Shown piece by piece: positions 40,083 to 49,816 of a stretch of 64,000 nucleotides of DNA. The stretch comes from Spirochaetia bacterium (lineage in GTDB: Bacteria > Spirochaetota > Spirochaetia > UBA9216): contig OZ223266.1 of the NCBI GenBank assembly GCA_965140585.1, forward strand, positions 32,001 through 96,000. Direction: 5' to 3'. Below the pieces are notes generated by a model, which saw only the letters and a list, made by a program, of their open reading frames with translations, did no database searches and had not been told where the DNA came from. How positions within the stretch are numbered: the first letter of the stretch is position 1; every line of letters starts with the position of its first letter. Position numbers and translations under genes: made by a program.

Positions 40083-40487
40083 ATGATCGGTTTGAAAGCG
40101 GACGGCACTCCGTATAAAGTACTGGTAGTTGATGACTCTCTTTTTGTGCAGAACCAGATAAAGAAACTGCTGGAAGCTGAAGGATTTGAGGTTATCGGAG
40201 TTGCCTCACACGGCAAGGAAGCTGTTGAGAAATATGAAGCCTTTTTTCCTGATATCGATCTTGTCACAATGGATATTACAATGCCGGGCATGCACGGAGT
40301 TGAAGCTCTGAAGGAAATCCGTAAAATCAATCCGGAAGCCTGCGTGGTTATTGTAAGTGCACTGGGAAAGAGCGATCTTATGAAGGAAGCCTTCCTCAAT
40401 GGAGCCGTACACTACATTGTAAAACCGCTTAAGCGGGAAGAAATGATAAAAACCCTTACCTATGCCCTGGGGACCATGGTCAGCTGA
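40083..40487 (+). CDS. cheY: Stand-alone response regulator, CheY-like
   Basis: VLVVDDS, TMDITMP, VSALG, IVKP. Spirochaete-like GLKADGTPY N-terminus. Confidence 0.8.
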   Translation: MIGLKADGTPYKVLVVDDSLFVQNQIKKLLEAEGFEVIGVASHGKEAVEKYEAFFPDIDLVTMDITMPGMHGVEALKEIRKINPEACVVIVSALGKSDLMKEAFLNGAVHYIVKPLKREEMIKTLTYALGTMVS

Positions 40488-40507
40488 AAATAAGATTCTT
40501 GAAGTTA

Positions 40508-41758
40508 TTATTTATCTGATGATTTTTTATACTTCTCAAGTCTTCCGGAAACCTCCGGACTGCAGACAACGGTTATTTCAACTCCCTCATCCTGATGCTT
40601 TTCTTCAATAATCTCGCTGTTCTCATGCAGATAGGCTGCGGCCCTGTAGTCTGAAAATGGAATTACAAACACGCTTTTTTCCCTTGTTTCGGCCACAATT
40701 GCGTCAATCTCAGCAAGTAGATTTTCTATACCTGTTTTTTCCTTTACAGAACAGTTCACCGTTTTTTCTGACTGTCCGCTGATCCTGTTCAGCCCGAACA
40801 TAAAGGCTTCGTCGTCAATATCGAGCAGATCCATCTTGTTAAAGACAGTTATCATCCGTTTGTCTTTTGCCCCTATCTCGGCAAGAGTCTTGACTGTAGT
40901 TTCAAAATGGTTTGCGGCCTCCGGATCCGATGCGTCGACTACGTTTATCAGAAGGTCTGCGAGCACCGCCTCTTCCAAGGTTGAATGAAAGGCCTGAACC
41001 AGTTTATGAGGCAGATCTCTTATAAAACCGACAGTATCGGTCAGGGTTATAACCGTACCAGACGGCAGCTGAACCATCCTTGTCGTAGGGTCAAGTGTAG
41101 CAAAGAGAAGATCCTCGGAATAGGCATCGGAACCGCTTAACAGATTGAGCATAGAAGATTTTCCGGCATTGGTATAACCGACTATACAGGCTGAAAATAC
41201 TCCCGCTCCCGTACGTCTTGACCGCCGGACTGCGCGCTGCTTTTCAATTTGCGTCAGTTCTCGTTTCATCTTTGCTATCCGGTTAAGAACAATCCTCCGG
41301 TCAACTTCAAGCTGGGTTTCACCCTCTCCCCTGGTTCCGCGCGTGCCTCCGCGCTGCCGAGACAGGTGGGTCCATGCCCGGGTGAGGCGTGGCAGAGAAT
41401 ATTCAAGACGGGCAAGTCCTGTCTGAAGGCTTGCCTCCCTGGTGACAGCCCGCTGTGAGAATATTTCAAGAATTACTTCCTGTCTGTCTATCACACAGAG
41501 ACCGGAAGCCTTTTCCCAGTTTCGCTGCTGAGACGGCGAAAGGGCCATATTGAAAACTATAATATCGGCTTCATTGTCTTCGCAGTATTCCAGAATTTCA
41601 GCAGCCTTTCCCGAACCTATCAGCCATGCGGGATGTCTTGTAGTGTCGGAGACTGTAATGCTGTCAAAGACGTCCATACCGATGGTTGTGACCATCTCAC
41701 TCAGTTCCGCAATGAGGCTGTCGCTGCCTTTTTCTCCGATTATTACTGCTTTTTCCAT
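40508..41758 (-). CDS. hflX: GTPase HflX
   Basis: GEGETQLEVDRR, GYTNAGKS, LFATLDPT, DTVGF, NKMD. Confidence 0.95.
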   Translation of the reverse strand: MEKAVIIGEKGSDSLIAELSEMVTTIGMDVFDSITVSDTTRHPAWLIGSGKAAEILEYCEDNEADIIVFNMALSPSQQRNWEKASGLCVIDRQEVILEIFSQRAVTREASLQTGLARLEYSLPRLTRAWTHLSRQRGGTRGTRGEGETQLEVDRRIVLNRIAKMKRELTQIEKQRAVRRSRRTGAGVFSACIVGYTNAGKSSMLNLLSGSDAYSEDLLFATLDPTTRMVQLPSGTVITLTDTVGFIRDLPHKLVQAFHSTLEEAVLADLLINVVDASDPEAANHFETTVKTLAEIGAKDKRMITVFNKMDLLDIDDEAFMFGLNRISGQSEKTVNCSVKEKTGIENLLAEIDAIVAETREKSVFVIPFSDYRAAAYLHENSEIIEEKHQDEGVEITVVCSPEVSGRLEKYKKSSDK

Positions 41759-42987
41759 TTACTCTCTATCTTTTTAAAGTAGCTGCTTATCATGTCTTCT
41801 TCAAACTCTTCATTTGTACTGTATGTCCTGCCGAATACCGGTTCCCAAAGGTTGATATCCTCCATGCACATGTAAAAAAAGACTGAGTCATGCCAGGGTT
41901 TCAGTGCTTCATAGGCAAAGCGGAACATCTCTTCCTTGACCTCAAAGGGGTATGAAAACTTTCCTGCAATCTCTGTCATAGGCATCTGCAGTATCTTGCT
42001 TTTAAACATCCTGCGTTTGAGTTCGCGCATCACCGGTTTGATAAAAGTCAGTGTCCCCATTGAAACCATGGAGACATCATCAGCATTGAAGCGTTTAAGC
42101 AGTTCGCTGAAGATATAACTGTACCCTTCCTGCCAGCCTTTGTACATCACCATTGGATGAAAGTGAAAGCCGACAAGACCGCCGGCAGCAGAAACGGCCT
42201 CGGCAGCGGCAAGCCGCCTTTCAAGCGAGGCAGCAAGATGCTCCTCTTTATCTATGATGATTTCCGGATTAAGACTCCATGTTGTCACCACATTAGGCGG
42301 AATCCTGTTTCCTCGCAGGTAATCAATATTATCCGATTTTGATTTAAGTTCCAGAATCACATTCGGGTTTGTTTCGGCAAAGTCAAACAGATGCTCCATC
42401 ATTCCTTCATGGTTTCCCCACATCAGGGAATCCGATGACTGGCCTGTGCCGATGTGGTAGCGCTGATCAGGTGAAAGAGAATCACTTATAATAGAAAGTT
42501 TCTGTTTTAAGTCGGTGTGAAACTTTATTTCCCTCGTATGGTAGAAGGTCTGAATACTGCAGTAGCTGCAGTCAAATCCGCAGTTCATTACGGCATCTAG
42601 TGTTCGGAGGTTGCAGCATCTGGTTTTTTCAGAGGCAACTGGGCAGGTTCCCATAATAGGGTTTTCAGCAGGTGTCTCTGAAAGTATTGATCTCCGTTTC
42701 TCCGGTCGATACCCTGAATCGAAGCTTTCATACTGCTTATCAGACTTCTTCAGTATATCCCACCCGGTAATAAGGCTGTTCATTAAATGCTTCCGCAGAT
42801 CTTTGCCTTTTAGTTTTGAGGTTTCTTCTGCCGGCCAGAACGAAGCTATATCTCCTTCATCCCAGCGTCTGAGGTCGTCTGCAATTTCTGCGAGCTTCTT
42901 TTTATCCTGAAAACTGAATCGATACTGTGCTGCTTTTTCGTTGATGAATTTTATATCTTCATCTGTAAGCAGGCTTAAATCACGCAT
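41743..42987 (-). CDS. Spore-photoproduct-lyase-like radical SAM protein
   Basis: CGFDCSYC, GTGQSSDSL, LELKSKS, WSLNP, GFHFHP, YMCME. Confidence 0.82.
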   Translation of the reverse strand: MRDLSLLTDEDIKFINEKAAQYRFSFQDKKKLAEIADDLRRWDEGDIASFWPAEETSKLKGKDLRKHLMNSLITGWDILKKSDKQYESFDSGYRPEKRRSILSETPAENPIMGTCPVASEKTRCCNLRTLDAVMNCGFDCSYCSIQTFYHTREIKFHTDLKQKLSIISDSLSPDQRYHIGTGQSSDSLMWGNHEGMMEHLFDFAETNPNVILELKSKSDNIDYLRGNRIPPNVVTTWSLNPEIIIDKEEHLAASLERRLAAAEAVSAAGGLVGFHFHPMVMYKGWQEGYSYIFSELLKRFNADDVSMVSMGTLTFIKPVMRELKRRMFKSKILQMPMTEIAGKFSYPFEVKEEMFRFAYEALKPWHDSVFFYMCMEDINLWEPVFGRTYSTNEEFEEDMISSYFKKIESKWKKQ

Positions 42988-43250
42988 TTAACCCCGTCAA
43001 GTGACTGCAGTTCTGCATACATCTTCTGCATTGTTTCCTTGTCGCCTAGAGTCACATCAACCCTGTAGCTAGAGTACTTTCCTCCGCTGCTTGGTTTGCT
43101 GTTCCATCCGCTGTGAGGAATTGAATACTTGTCCAGAACTTTTCCGAACCTGTCGAAAGCTGATTTATCGCAGTCATGAGCCATGCAGATTATCTTCAGC
43201 TGAAATGATACAGGAAAAAGAATTTCCTGCTTTTGCTGTTGTAAATCCAT
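42975..43250 (-). CDS. DUF493 / YbeD-like protein
   Basis: FPVSFQLKII, KPSSGGKYSS, MYAEL...GVKCVI. Confidence 0.82.
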   Translation of the reverse strand: MDLQQQKQEILFPVSFQLKIICMAHDCDKSAFDRFGKVLDKYSIPHSGWNSKPSSGGKYSSYRVDVTLGDKETMQKMYAELQSLDGVKCVI

Positions 43251-43302
43251 AGTTCACTGAGTATCATGAATAGGCTTATAGATCAAGTGAAGGAGGCTTC
43301 AT

Positions 43303-44073
43303 GTGTTCATAGATTTACGTGAAGACTGGTTTGAGACCGAAGAATTCTGGGAAAGGTACCGCCCTCTGATGTTCGATCCTGACAGGATGGCTGATACAGA
43401 GGAGGAAGCCGACGGCATTGCAGTTCTGGCCGGCCTTAAATCCGGAAGCAGAATCCTTGATCTCTGCTGCGGGGAAGGGCGGCATGACCTGGTGTTTGCC
43501 GAAAGAGGGTATTCAGTAACCGGGGTTGATATTACAAAGCCCTACCTGAAACGTGCGCGGGCCGCAGCAGACAAAGCAGGGCTTGAAGTTGAATACGTTG
43601 AGCAGGATGTGCGCAGCTTTAAGCGGCCGGAAAGTTACGATTTTGCACTCAATTTCTTCACATCCTTCGGTTACTTTGATGATGAAGAGGATGATCTTCA
43701 GATGTGCAGGAATGTATGCGAATCGCTGGTTCCCGGCGGTCAGTTTCTCATCGACACCATCGGAAAAGAAACTACAGCCCTGCATTTTAAGAACTCCGAA
43801 TGGTTTCAGCGTGACGGCTATCATATCATGCTTCAGTACCGGATAACAGATGGCTGGACTCATCTTGAAAACCGCTGGATCTTTGTTTCCGATTCACATG
43901 AACAGCCCTCGGAGCTTAATGAAATAATATTCAGGCACCGTCTGTATTCGGCAAAGGAAATGGCTCTTATGCTGGCGGAAGCCGGTTTTTCAGAAGTCAG
44001 ATTTTTCGGGGCGCTGGACGGAAGGCCCTATGATCATAAAGCACAGCGAATGTTAGTATTAGCAGTGAGGTAA
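43303..44073 (+). CDS. Class I SAM-dependent methyltransferase
   Basis: ILDLCCGEGRH, GVDIT, DVR, FTSFGYF, LVPGG. Confidence 0.9.
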   Translation: MFIDLREDWFETEEFWERYRPLMFDPDRMADTEEEADGIAVLAGLKSGSRILDLCCGEGRHDLVFAERGYSVTGVDITKPYLKRARAAADKAGLEVEYVEQDVRSFKRPESYDFALNFFTSFGYFDDEEDDLQMCRNVCESLVPGGQFLIDTIGKETTALHFKNSEWFQRDGYHIMLQYRITDGWTHLENRWIFVSDSHEQPSELNEIIFRHRLYSAKEMALMLAEAGFSEVRFFGALDGRPYDHKAQRMLVLAVR

Positions 44074-44116
44074 TAATTGCAGATTAAACAATATTCTGCT
44101 AATATCGATCTTAGGG

Positions 44117-45910
44117 ATGAAAAACTTCGTAAATAAGGGTCTTCCGGTAGTTTTTCCGTCACTGTTAATGCTGCTTTTACTGGGCTCATGTGTACCCCAT
44201 GTTCATAAACATACGGCTCAAAAAGGCATAATAGACCTTAGAACCGAAGCAGAGCTTGAATCAACTATAATTGAGCTGGAAGGAAGCTGGGCATTCTTCT
44301 GGGAAGAGTTCTGTAGTACAGAAAATTTCTCAAACTATGCACCTGAAAACGCTGATGAGTTTATCGGTGTACCGGGATACTGGAATCCGCATATAAGAGG
44401 CACCGGAGTTTACTCTGTCAGGCTTCTTCTCCCTGAAAACCGCCCCGCAAATCTTTGCCTTAAGCTTTCAAATGTTCTGCAGAGCTACACAGTTTTTGTG
44501 AACGGCGAAGAAGTTTTCTTGGCGGGAAGGCCCTCCACCGATCCTGAAAGTTTTGAAGGAGAATCTCTTCCCGCCATGATACCGCTGCCGGAAACAGGAG
44601 ATACACTTGATCTGGTTTTCAATGTTTCAAGCTGGACTGATATATTCGGCGGTCTGAACCGGGACATATTCTTCGGAAATTTCTATACTCTGAATAAGTT
44701 CAGAGAAAAGCACCTTGCCCTTGATGCCGTTATATTCGGAGCCGTGATAATAATCGGTATATACCATCTTGCAATTTTTCTGATGAATTCAACTCAGCAT
44801 CTGAGGCTGCCTTATCTATTTCTGGGGATAGTCTTTATACTTATAGCCCTGTTTATCGGCTGTAAGGATGAGCTGCTTTTTAAGAGCATATTTGAGAACT
44901 TTAGCTCAAGTACCCGTACCAGATTCATTTATTCTGCTCTGGTCTTATCCATCCCGATGTTTTTCTGCTATCTGTATTTTTCTTTCCCGGTTATGTTTTT
45001 CCGGAAAGTTTTACTGATCGTAATAGGCGTTTCCGCTGTAGGATGGCTGCCTATACTTTTTACTAAACCTCAGTTTTTTACCAGACTCCTGGTGCCGCTT
45101 GAAGCCTTCAGTATTATTGTAATTCTGTACACGATATTTGCCATTGTTACCCGCTCGGTGCAGAAGCTTGATTTTCTATCCATTGCCTATCTGTTTGGAT
45201 ACCTGATGCTTGTGACAGCCACAATACTTGGAATGTTTGACAATCAGCTGCTTGTTCCGCCTAACAGTCCGCATATAATGTTTCTTGTATTTACCATCTA
45301 CCAGACATTTCTGCAGGCTTATAATACCTCATCTGCATATACAAAAATCAACAAGTTAAGTGATGCCTTTCTTGCGATGGAGAAGGAGACTGAAAAACTC
45401 TACGACCTCTCCTATGTTGATCCGCTTACCGAGCTTGCAAACCGTAGGTATCTCAACGAATACATGCAGAAACTCTGGGACCGCAACAGGCTTACCGAGG
45501 TTTCTTTCGGAATGATGATGATCGATATCGATTATTTCAAACTGTATAACGATCGTTACGGACACATGGCTGGAGATGAATGTCTGAAGGCTGTAGCTTC
45601 CGCATTAAGCGACTCTCTCAACCGGCGCGGCGATCTTATTGCCCGTTACGGCGGAGAGGAATTTGTAGCTGTTATACCGAACTGTGAAATAGCCGAGCTT
45701 GAGAGAATAGCTGAACGTCTGCGCGAGAATATCGAGGATCTCGGAATAGAGCATATAGATTCTGAATGTTCGGAATCCGTCACAGTAAGCGCAGGCATTA
45801 CAACTGCCGTTCCTTCATCTGAAATGAAGTGGTATGACATTCTGCATATCGCAGATACCGCTTTGTATTCAGCAAAGCGGAAGGGGCGAAACCGGGTAGA
45901 AAAGAGCTGA
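44117..45910 (+). CDS. Membrane diguanylate cyclase with 7TM-DISM-like sensor
   Basis: Extracytoplasmic LEGSWAFFW/VPGYWN domain, about 7 TM helices, DPLT.LANRR, DIDYFK.YND.YGH, RYGGEEF with RxxD I-site (RRGD). Confidence 0.9.
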   Translation: MKNFVNKGLPVVFPSLLMLLLLGSCVPHVHKHTAQKGIIDLRTEAELESTIIELEGSWAFFWEEFCSTENFSNYAPENADEFIGVPGYWNPHIRGTGVYSVRLLLPENRPANLCLKLSNVLQSYTVFVNGEEVFLAGRPSTDPESFEGESLPAMIPLPETGDTLDLVFNVSSWTDIFGGLNRDIFFGNFYTLNKFREKHLALDAVIFGAVIIIGIYHLAIFLMNSTQHLRLPYLFLGIVFILIALFIGCKDELLFKSIFENFSSSTRTRFIYSALVLSIPMFFCYLYFSFPVMFFRKVLLIVIGVSAVGWLPILFTKPQFFTRLLVPLEAFSIIVILYTIFAIVTRSVQKLDFLSIAYLFGYLMLVTATILGMFDNQLLVPPNSPHIMFLVFTIYQTFLQAYNTSSAYTKINKLSDAFLAMEKETEKLYDLSYVDPLTELANRRYLNEYMQKLWDRNRLTEVSFGMMMIDIDYFKLYNDRYGHMAGDECLKAVASALSDSLNRRGDLIARYGGEEFVAVIPNCEIAELERIAERLRENIEDLGIEHIDSECSESVTVSAGITTAVPSSEMKWYDILHIADTALYSAKRKGRNRVEKS

Positions 45911-45918
45911 ACCGATAT

Positions 45919-45946
45919 AAAAAAGGCAGCCTGTAAAGACTGCCTT
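45919..45946 (-). terminator. Rho-independent terminator (probably bidirectional)
   Basis: AAGGCAG..CTGCCTT stem with an A-run on the + strand, between convergent genes. Confidence 0.7.
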
Positions 45947-45968
45947 GACGGGAAATAGGGAATATAAT

Positions 45969-47408
45969 TTAAAAAGGAAACTGCATATCTGTTTTCTCAA
46001 TCGTGACCCATTTTACGTCCGACAGTTCTTCAAGCGAATATCTGCCGCCTTCACGGCCCTGGCCGCTCCATTTACATCCGCCGAACGGACAGGTTGCATC
46101 AGCATCAACTGACGATGCACCTACGTGAACCATTCCGGCTTCGAGGCCTTCAGATAAATACAAAGCTTTCTGTATATCTTTTGTCAGCACCGCTGAAGAT
46201 AATCCGTATGTTGTGTCATTTGCAACCTCAAGTGCTTCTTTTTCATTCTCAACCGCAATTATTGATGCAACGGGGCCGAAGGTTTCTTCATAGAAAATAT
46301 CCATCTCCTTAGTTACCCCGCCGAGGACAGTAGGCTGATAGACTCTGCCTTCAAATTTACCGCCGCTTAGGAGTTTTGCTCCCTTTGCAACCGCATCCTT
46401 AACCAGGCGATCAACTTTCTGCACAGCCTTGTCATTTATGAGCGGGCCAACAACTGTCTGCTGGGCTTTCGGATCTCCGTATGGGATTGAGGCAGCCTTC
46501 TTTGCAAGCCTTGCACTGAATTCTTCAATTATATCTTTCTCTACTATTATCCTTCCAACACACATGCATATCTGTCCCTGATGCATGAATGTACCGAACG
46601 CTGCAGTATTTACTGCGTAATTAATATCAGTATCCTTGAGTATAATTAAAGGATTTTTACCACCGAGTTCAAGGGTGTAGCCTTTTAGGTTTTCAGCTGC
46701 CTTCATCGCAACATGGCGCCCGGTATTTGTTTCTCCGGTAATGGTAATAAAGGAACTCCGGCTGTCTTCGATCAGCGCATCACCAAGTACACTGCCGGGA
46801 CCGGTAAGAATGTTCAGTACACCGGCTGGTAAGCCGGCTTTTTCAAAGATTTCACCGATTTTAAGACCAAGTACTGGTGTTTCACTTGCGGGCTTGAATA
46901 CCACAGTATTACCGGTTGCCAGGGAATAGGCTATTTTATACATTGAAAGAATGAGTGGGAAATTCCAGGGAGAAATTGCGACAACGGTTCCCTTGGGACT
47001 TAGAATAGAATAAGAAAGTTTTCCGGGATTTGAATGGAAGGTTTCACCAAGTATGTTTTTACAGTCGCCGCCTGCAGTGTAAAGCAGGTCGATTGTCTGT
47101 GAAATTTCAAACATGCTCTTGCCGAAGGTTCCGCCGCCCTCTTCGGTTAGAACCGCGGCAAAATCCATCATACTTTCAGAGAGTATTCCGGCTGCCTTGA
47201 ACAGAACTTCCGCCCGCTTGGCCGGAGCTGTTGATTCCCAGACTTTTCGTGCCGAATAAGCTGCCCCCAGTGCTCTGTCTGCGTCTTCTTTTCCGCCTTT
47301 AGGGACTTTTGCATACAGTTCACCTGTGTATGGATTAAAATCATCAAATGTCTGTCCTGAAGCTGCATCTTCCCATTTACCATTGATATAAAGTTTATAA
47401 GTGTTCAT
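45969..47408 (-). CDS. Aldehyde dehydrogenase (benzaldehyde/vanillin dehydrogenase-like)
   Basis: SPWNFP, KPAS, LELGGKNP, FMHQGQICM, EETFGP, PFGG.K.SG.GR.GG. Confidence 0.88.
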   Translation of the reverse strand: MNTYKLYINGKWEDAASGQTFDDFNPYTGELYAKVPKGGKEDADRALGAAYSARKVWESTAPAKRAEVLFKAAGILSESMMDFAAVLTEEGGGTFGKSMFEISQTIDLLYTAGGDCKNILGETFHSNPGKLSYSILSPKGTVVAISPWNFPLILSMYKIAYSLATGNTVVFKPASETPVLGLKIGEIFEKAGLPAGVLNILTGPGSVLGDALIEDSRSSFITITGETNTGRHVAMKAAENLKGYTLELGGKNPLIILKDTDINYAVNTAAFGTFMHQGQICMCVGRIIVEKDIIEEFSARLAKKAASIPYGDPKAQQTVVGPLINDKAVQKVDRLVKDAVAKGAKLLSGGKFEGRVYQPTVLGGVTKEMDIFYEETFGPVASIIAVENEKEALEVANDTTYGLSSAVLTKDIQKALYLSEGLEAGMVHVGASSVDADATCPFGGCKWSGQGREGGRYSLEELSDVKWVTIEKTDMQFPF

Positions 47409-47429
47409 TTTTTTCTCCGTAGAATCTTT

Positions 47430-48527
47430 TTATTTCTGCACAAGTACAGGTTTTATAACCAATCCTTTTTCCATATCTTCAACCGCCTTGTTTATTTCCT
47501 CAAAGGGGTAGAATTTTATCAGCTTGTCATAAGGGAAATTTCCCTGCCTGTTGAGTTCTATCAGTCGCGGAATGAAAAGATCGGGTACTGCATCACCTTC
47601 TATGATTCCTTTCACAGTTCTGCCGTTCATTATCAGATCCATATTAAGATTAACCTCTGTTCCGGGGGCAACAACGCCTACAAGTCCTGCAACTCCAAGC
47701 AGGGGAAGCACATCAGTCGTCTGTCTGAATACCGCCGGATTTCCAATACATTCAAGACTGAAATTCGGTCCGCCGTCCGTGATTCTGATTATCTCCTGTA
47801 CGGGGTCCGTTTCTGCAGGATTAACGGTATGGGTAGCTCCGAATTCTTTTGCAAGCTCAAGTCTTCCGGGTTTTATATCAACGGCTATGATTGTTGTGCA
47901 TCCCATTACTTTTGCCGCCATTATTGCACTCATTCCCACAGTCCCGGTTCCGAATACCGCAATTGAGTCTCCGGGGGAGGGCTTAAGAGCATTCATTACA
48001 GCGCCTGCGCCGGTCATCACTCCGCATCCAAGTGGCCCCATGATTTCAAGAGGTACATCATTGGGTACTTTGACCACATTTTTTTCAAGAGCAAGGGCAT
48101 GACTTGCAAAAGATGACTGTCCAAAGAAGTTTCCATGAATGGTTTTTCCGTTTTTACTGAGATAAGTAGAACCGTCGTTTCGTACCCCGCCGAAATTCAG
48201 CCTCAGGAAGTCACTGCAGTACGGATCCCTACCTGATTTGCAGGCATCACATACTCCGCAGCTTAACCAGGCTAGTGCCACATGATCACCGGGTTTTACT
48301 TTTGAGACTTTTGACCCGATCTTCTCAACTACACCGGAGCCCTCATGTCCAAGCACTCCCGGAAGCGGATAGGGAATATACTGGTTTCTTGCTGAAAGAT
48401 CTGTATGACAGATTCCGGTTGTTTTAATTTTTACAAGTACTTCATAATCACCGGGGTCTTCCATCTGAACAGTTTCAATGATGAAGTCACTGCCTGCTTC
48501 ATAGGTAACTGCTGCTTTAATATCCAT
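47430..48527 (-). CDS. Zn-dependent aryl-alcohol dehydrogenase (XylB/AreB-like)
   Basis: GICHTD, GHEG, CGVCDAC..C, FFGQSSFA, PLGCGVMTGAG, GIIEGD. Confidence 0.88.
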   Translation of the reverse strand: MDIKAAVTYEAGSDFIIETVQMEDPGDYEVLVKIKTTGICHTDLSARNQYIPYPLPGVLGHEGSGVVEKIGSKVSKVKPGDHVALAWLSCGVCDACKSGRDPYCSDFLRLNFGGVRNDGSTYLSKNGKTIHGNFFGQSSFASHALALEKNVVKVPNDVPLEIMGPLGCGVMTGAGAVMNALKPSPGDSIAVFGTGTVGMSAIMAAKVMGCTTIIAVDIKPGRLELAKEFGATHTVNPAETDPVQEIIRITDGGPNFSLECIGNPAVFRQTTDVLPLLGVAGLVGVVAPGTEVNLNMDLIMNGRTVKGIIEGDAVPDLFIPRLIELNRQGNFPYDKLIKFYPFEEINKAVEDMEKGLVIKPVLVQK

Positions 48528-48539
48528 TAACTTTCTCCT

Positions 48540-49724
48540 TTACTGTGCTGCTGCCGGTTTTTTTCCGGATTTCAGATTTTTTGATATACCCCATGCAAGA
48601 GCGGCAAGTCCCATGACCGCGAAGAGTATTGCACCGCTTATAAAGGCAAACTTATTCACATCTTCGCTCATCAGCGCAGATACCGGAGTGATGACATATG
48701 GGCATAGGAATGAACCGAGGTTCTGGCCCATTACAACGATTGACATTGCCAGCGGTACGGCTACAGGACTTACAGAAGTTGATGTGCCCACCATTACGCT
48801 TGCGAATACCGTTGTGATTGAACAGCCGTATAAGAGGCTTCCGATGTAGACAAGCAGAATATTCGGTGAGAAGGCAATGATAAGAAAAGCTGCCGTACCC
48901 ATGAAAAGGCCGATAGCAAGTGACGCATTCTTTGCTGACTGCGCTATCTTTCCGTAAAACAAACCCATAAGAAAACCGCCTACAGCAAATATCATTGTTG
49001 CCTGGCCGGCCTGTGCTGCTGTCCCGAGCTCATGGGCAGTTATGAAGAAGGCCATGTAGGTTGCAAGTATCATTCCGCCTATGAAAAAGATCATCATAGT
49101 TACTGCCCAGCCGATTGCCGCAGATGTAAGTTTTGGTTTTTCTGCCGATGCGGCTGCACCGGATTTAATGGGTTTGATTGCAGGAAGAAATGCTGCAACA
49201 CAGATAAACGATATTACTGAAATCAGATGAACATAAAAGGTTATGTTCCAGCCGGCCATTGCAAGGTATCCGCTTACAAATACCATCACGGCACAACCCA
49301 GCATCTGGGCTGATGAAAGATGTCCCATAACAAAAGATCTTTCATCACCTTCAAAGTTAGCCGCTACAAGTGCTGATGACAGCACCTGAACAGTTCCTAT
49401 TCCGATTCCGAGAACAGCCCTTAATATTAGAATCGCTGAGAATGAATTCAGGAATGCCGGGATTGTACCTCCGGCCAGAAAACACAGTATACCGAAGAGC
49501 ACCAGTGTTTTCATTGAAATATATTCCTGAAGCTTACCGATAATCGGATTAACAATAATTATTACAATACAAGGAAGTGTTATAAGCAGCTGAATGGAGG
49601 TCTGACTGATTCCGCTGAAATGTTTTCCAATTTCCGAAAGCCCGCTTGCTATTCCCATTACACCCATCATGAGAATCGCAAAACTGAAAATTGCGATTTT
49701 TACCTTTGTTTTAGAAGTCTCCAT
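48540..49724 (-). CDS. MFS transporter
   Basis: About 12 hydrophobic segments, LRAVLGIGIG, ER..VMG. Confidence 0.87.
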   Translation of the reverse strand: METSKTKVKIAIFSFAILMMGVMGIASGLSEIGKHFSGISQTSIQLLITLPCIVIIIVNPIIGKLQEYISMKTLVLFGILCFLAGGTIPAFLNSFSAILILRAVLGIGIGTVQVLSSALVAANFEGDERSFVMGHLSSAQMLGCAVMVFVSGYLAMAGWNITFYVHLISVISFICVAAFLPAIKPIKSGAAASAEKPKLTSAAIGWAVTMMIFFIGGMILATYMAFFITAHELGTAAQAGQATMIFAVGGFLMGLFYGKIAQSAKNASLAIGLFMGTAAFLIIAFSPNILLVYIGSLLYGCSITTVFASVMVGTSTSVSPVAVPLAMSIVVMGQNLGSFLCPYVITPVSALMSEDVNKFAFISGAILFAVMGLAALAWGISKNLKSGKKPAAAQ

Positions 49725-49816
49725 ATAATTCCTTCTGAAAATGAGATTTAAAGGCCTTTATGAGGATATTCTAAATGGTAAAATTCTGGTTGAGTATTAT
49801 ACGAAAGTAGAATTTT

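Noticed and set aside
44085-44111. Sigma28-like promoter TAAA-N15-ATCGATCT before the diguanylate cyclase
   Set aside because: The -10 match is weak and it is only 5 nt from the ATG, so it cannot be supported without TSS data.
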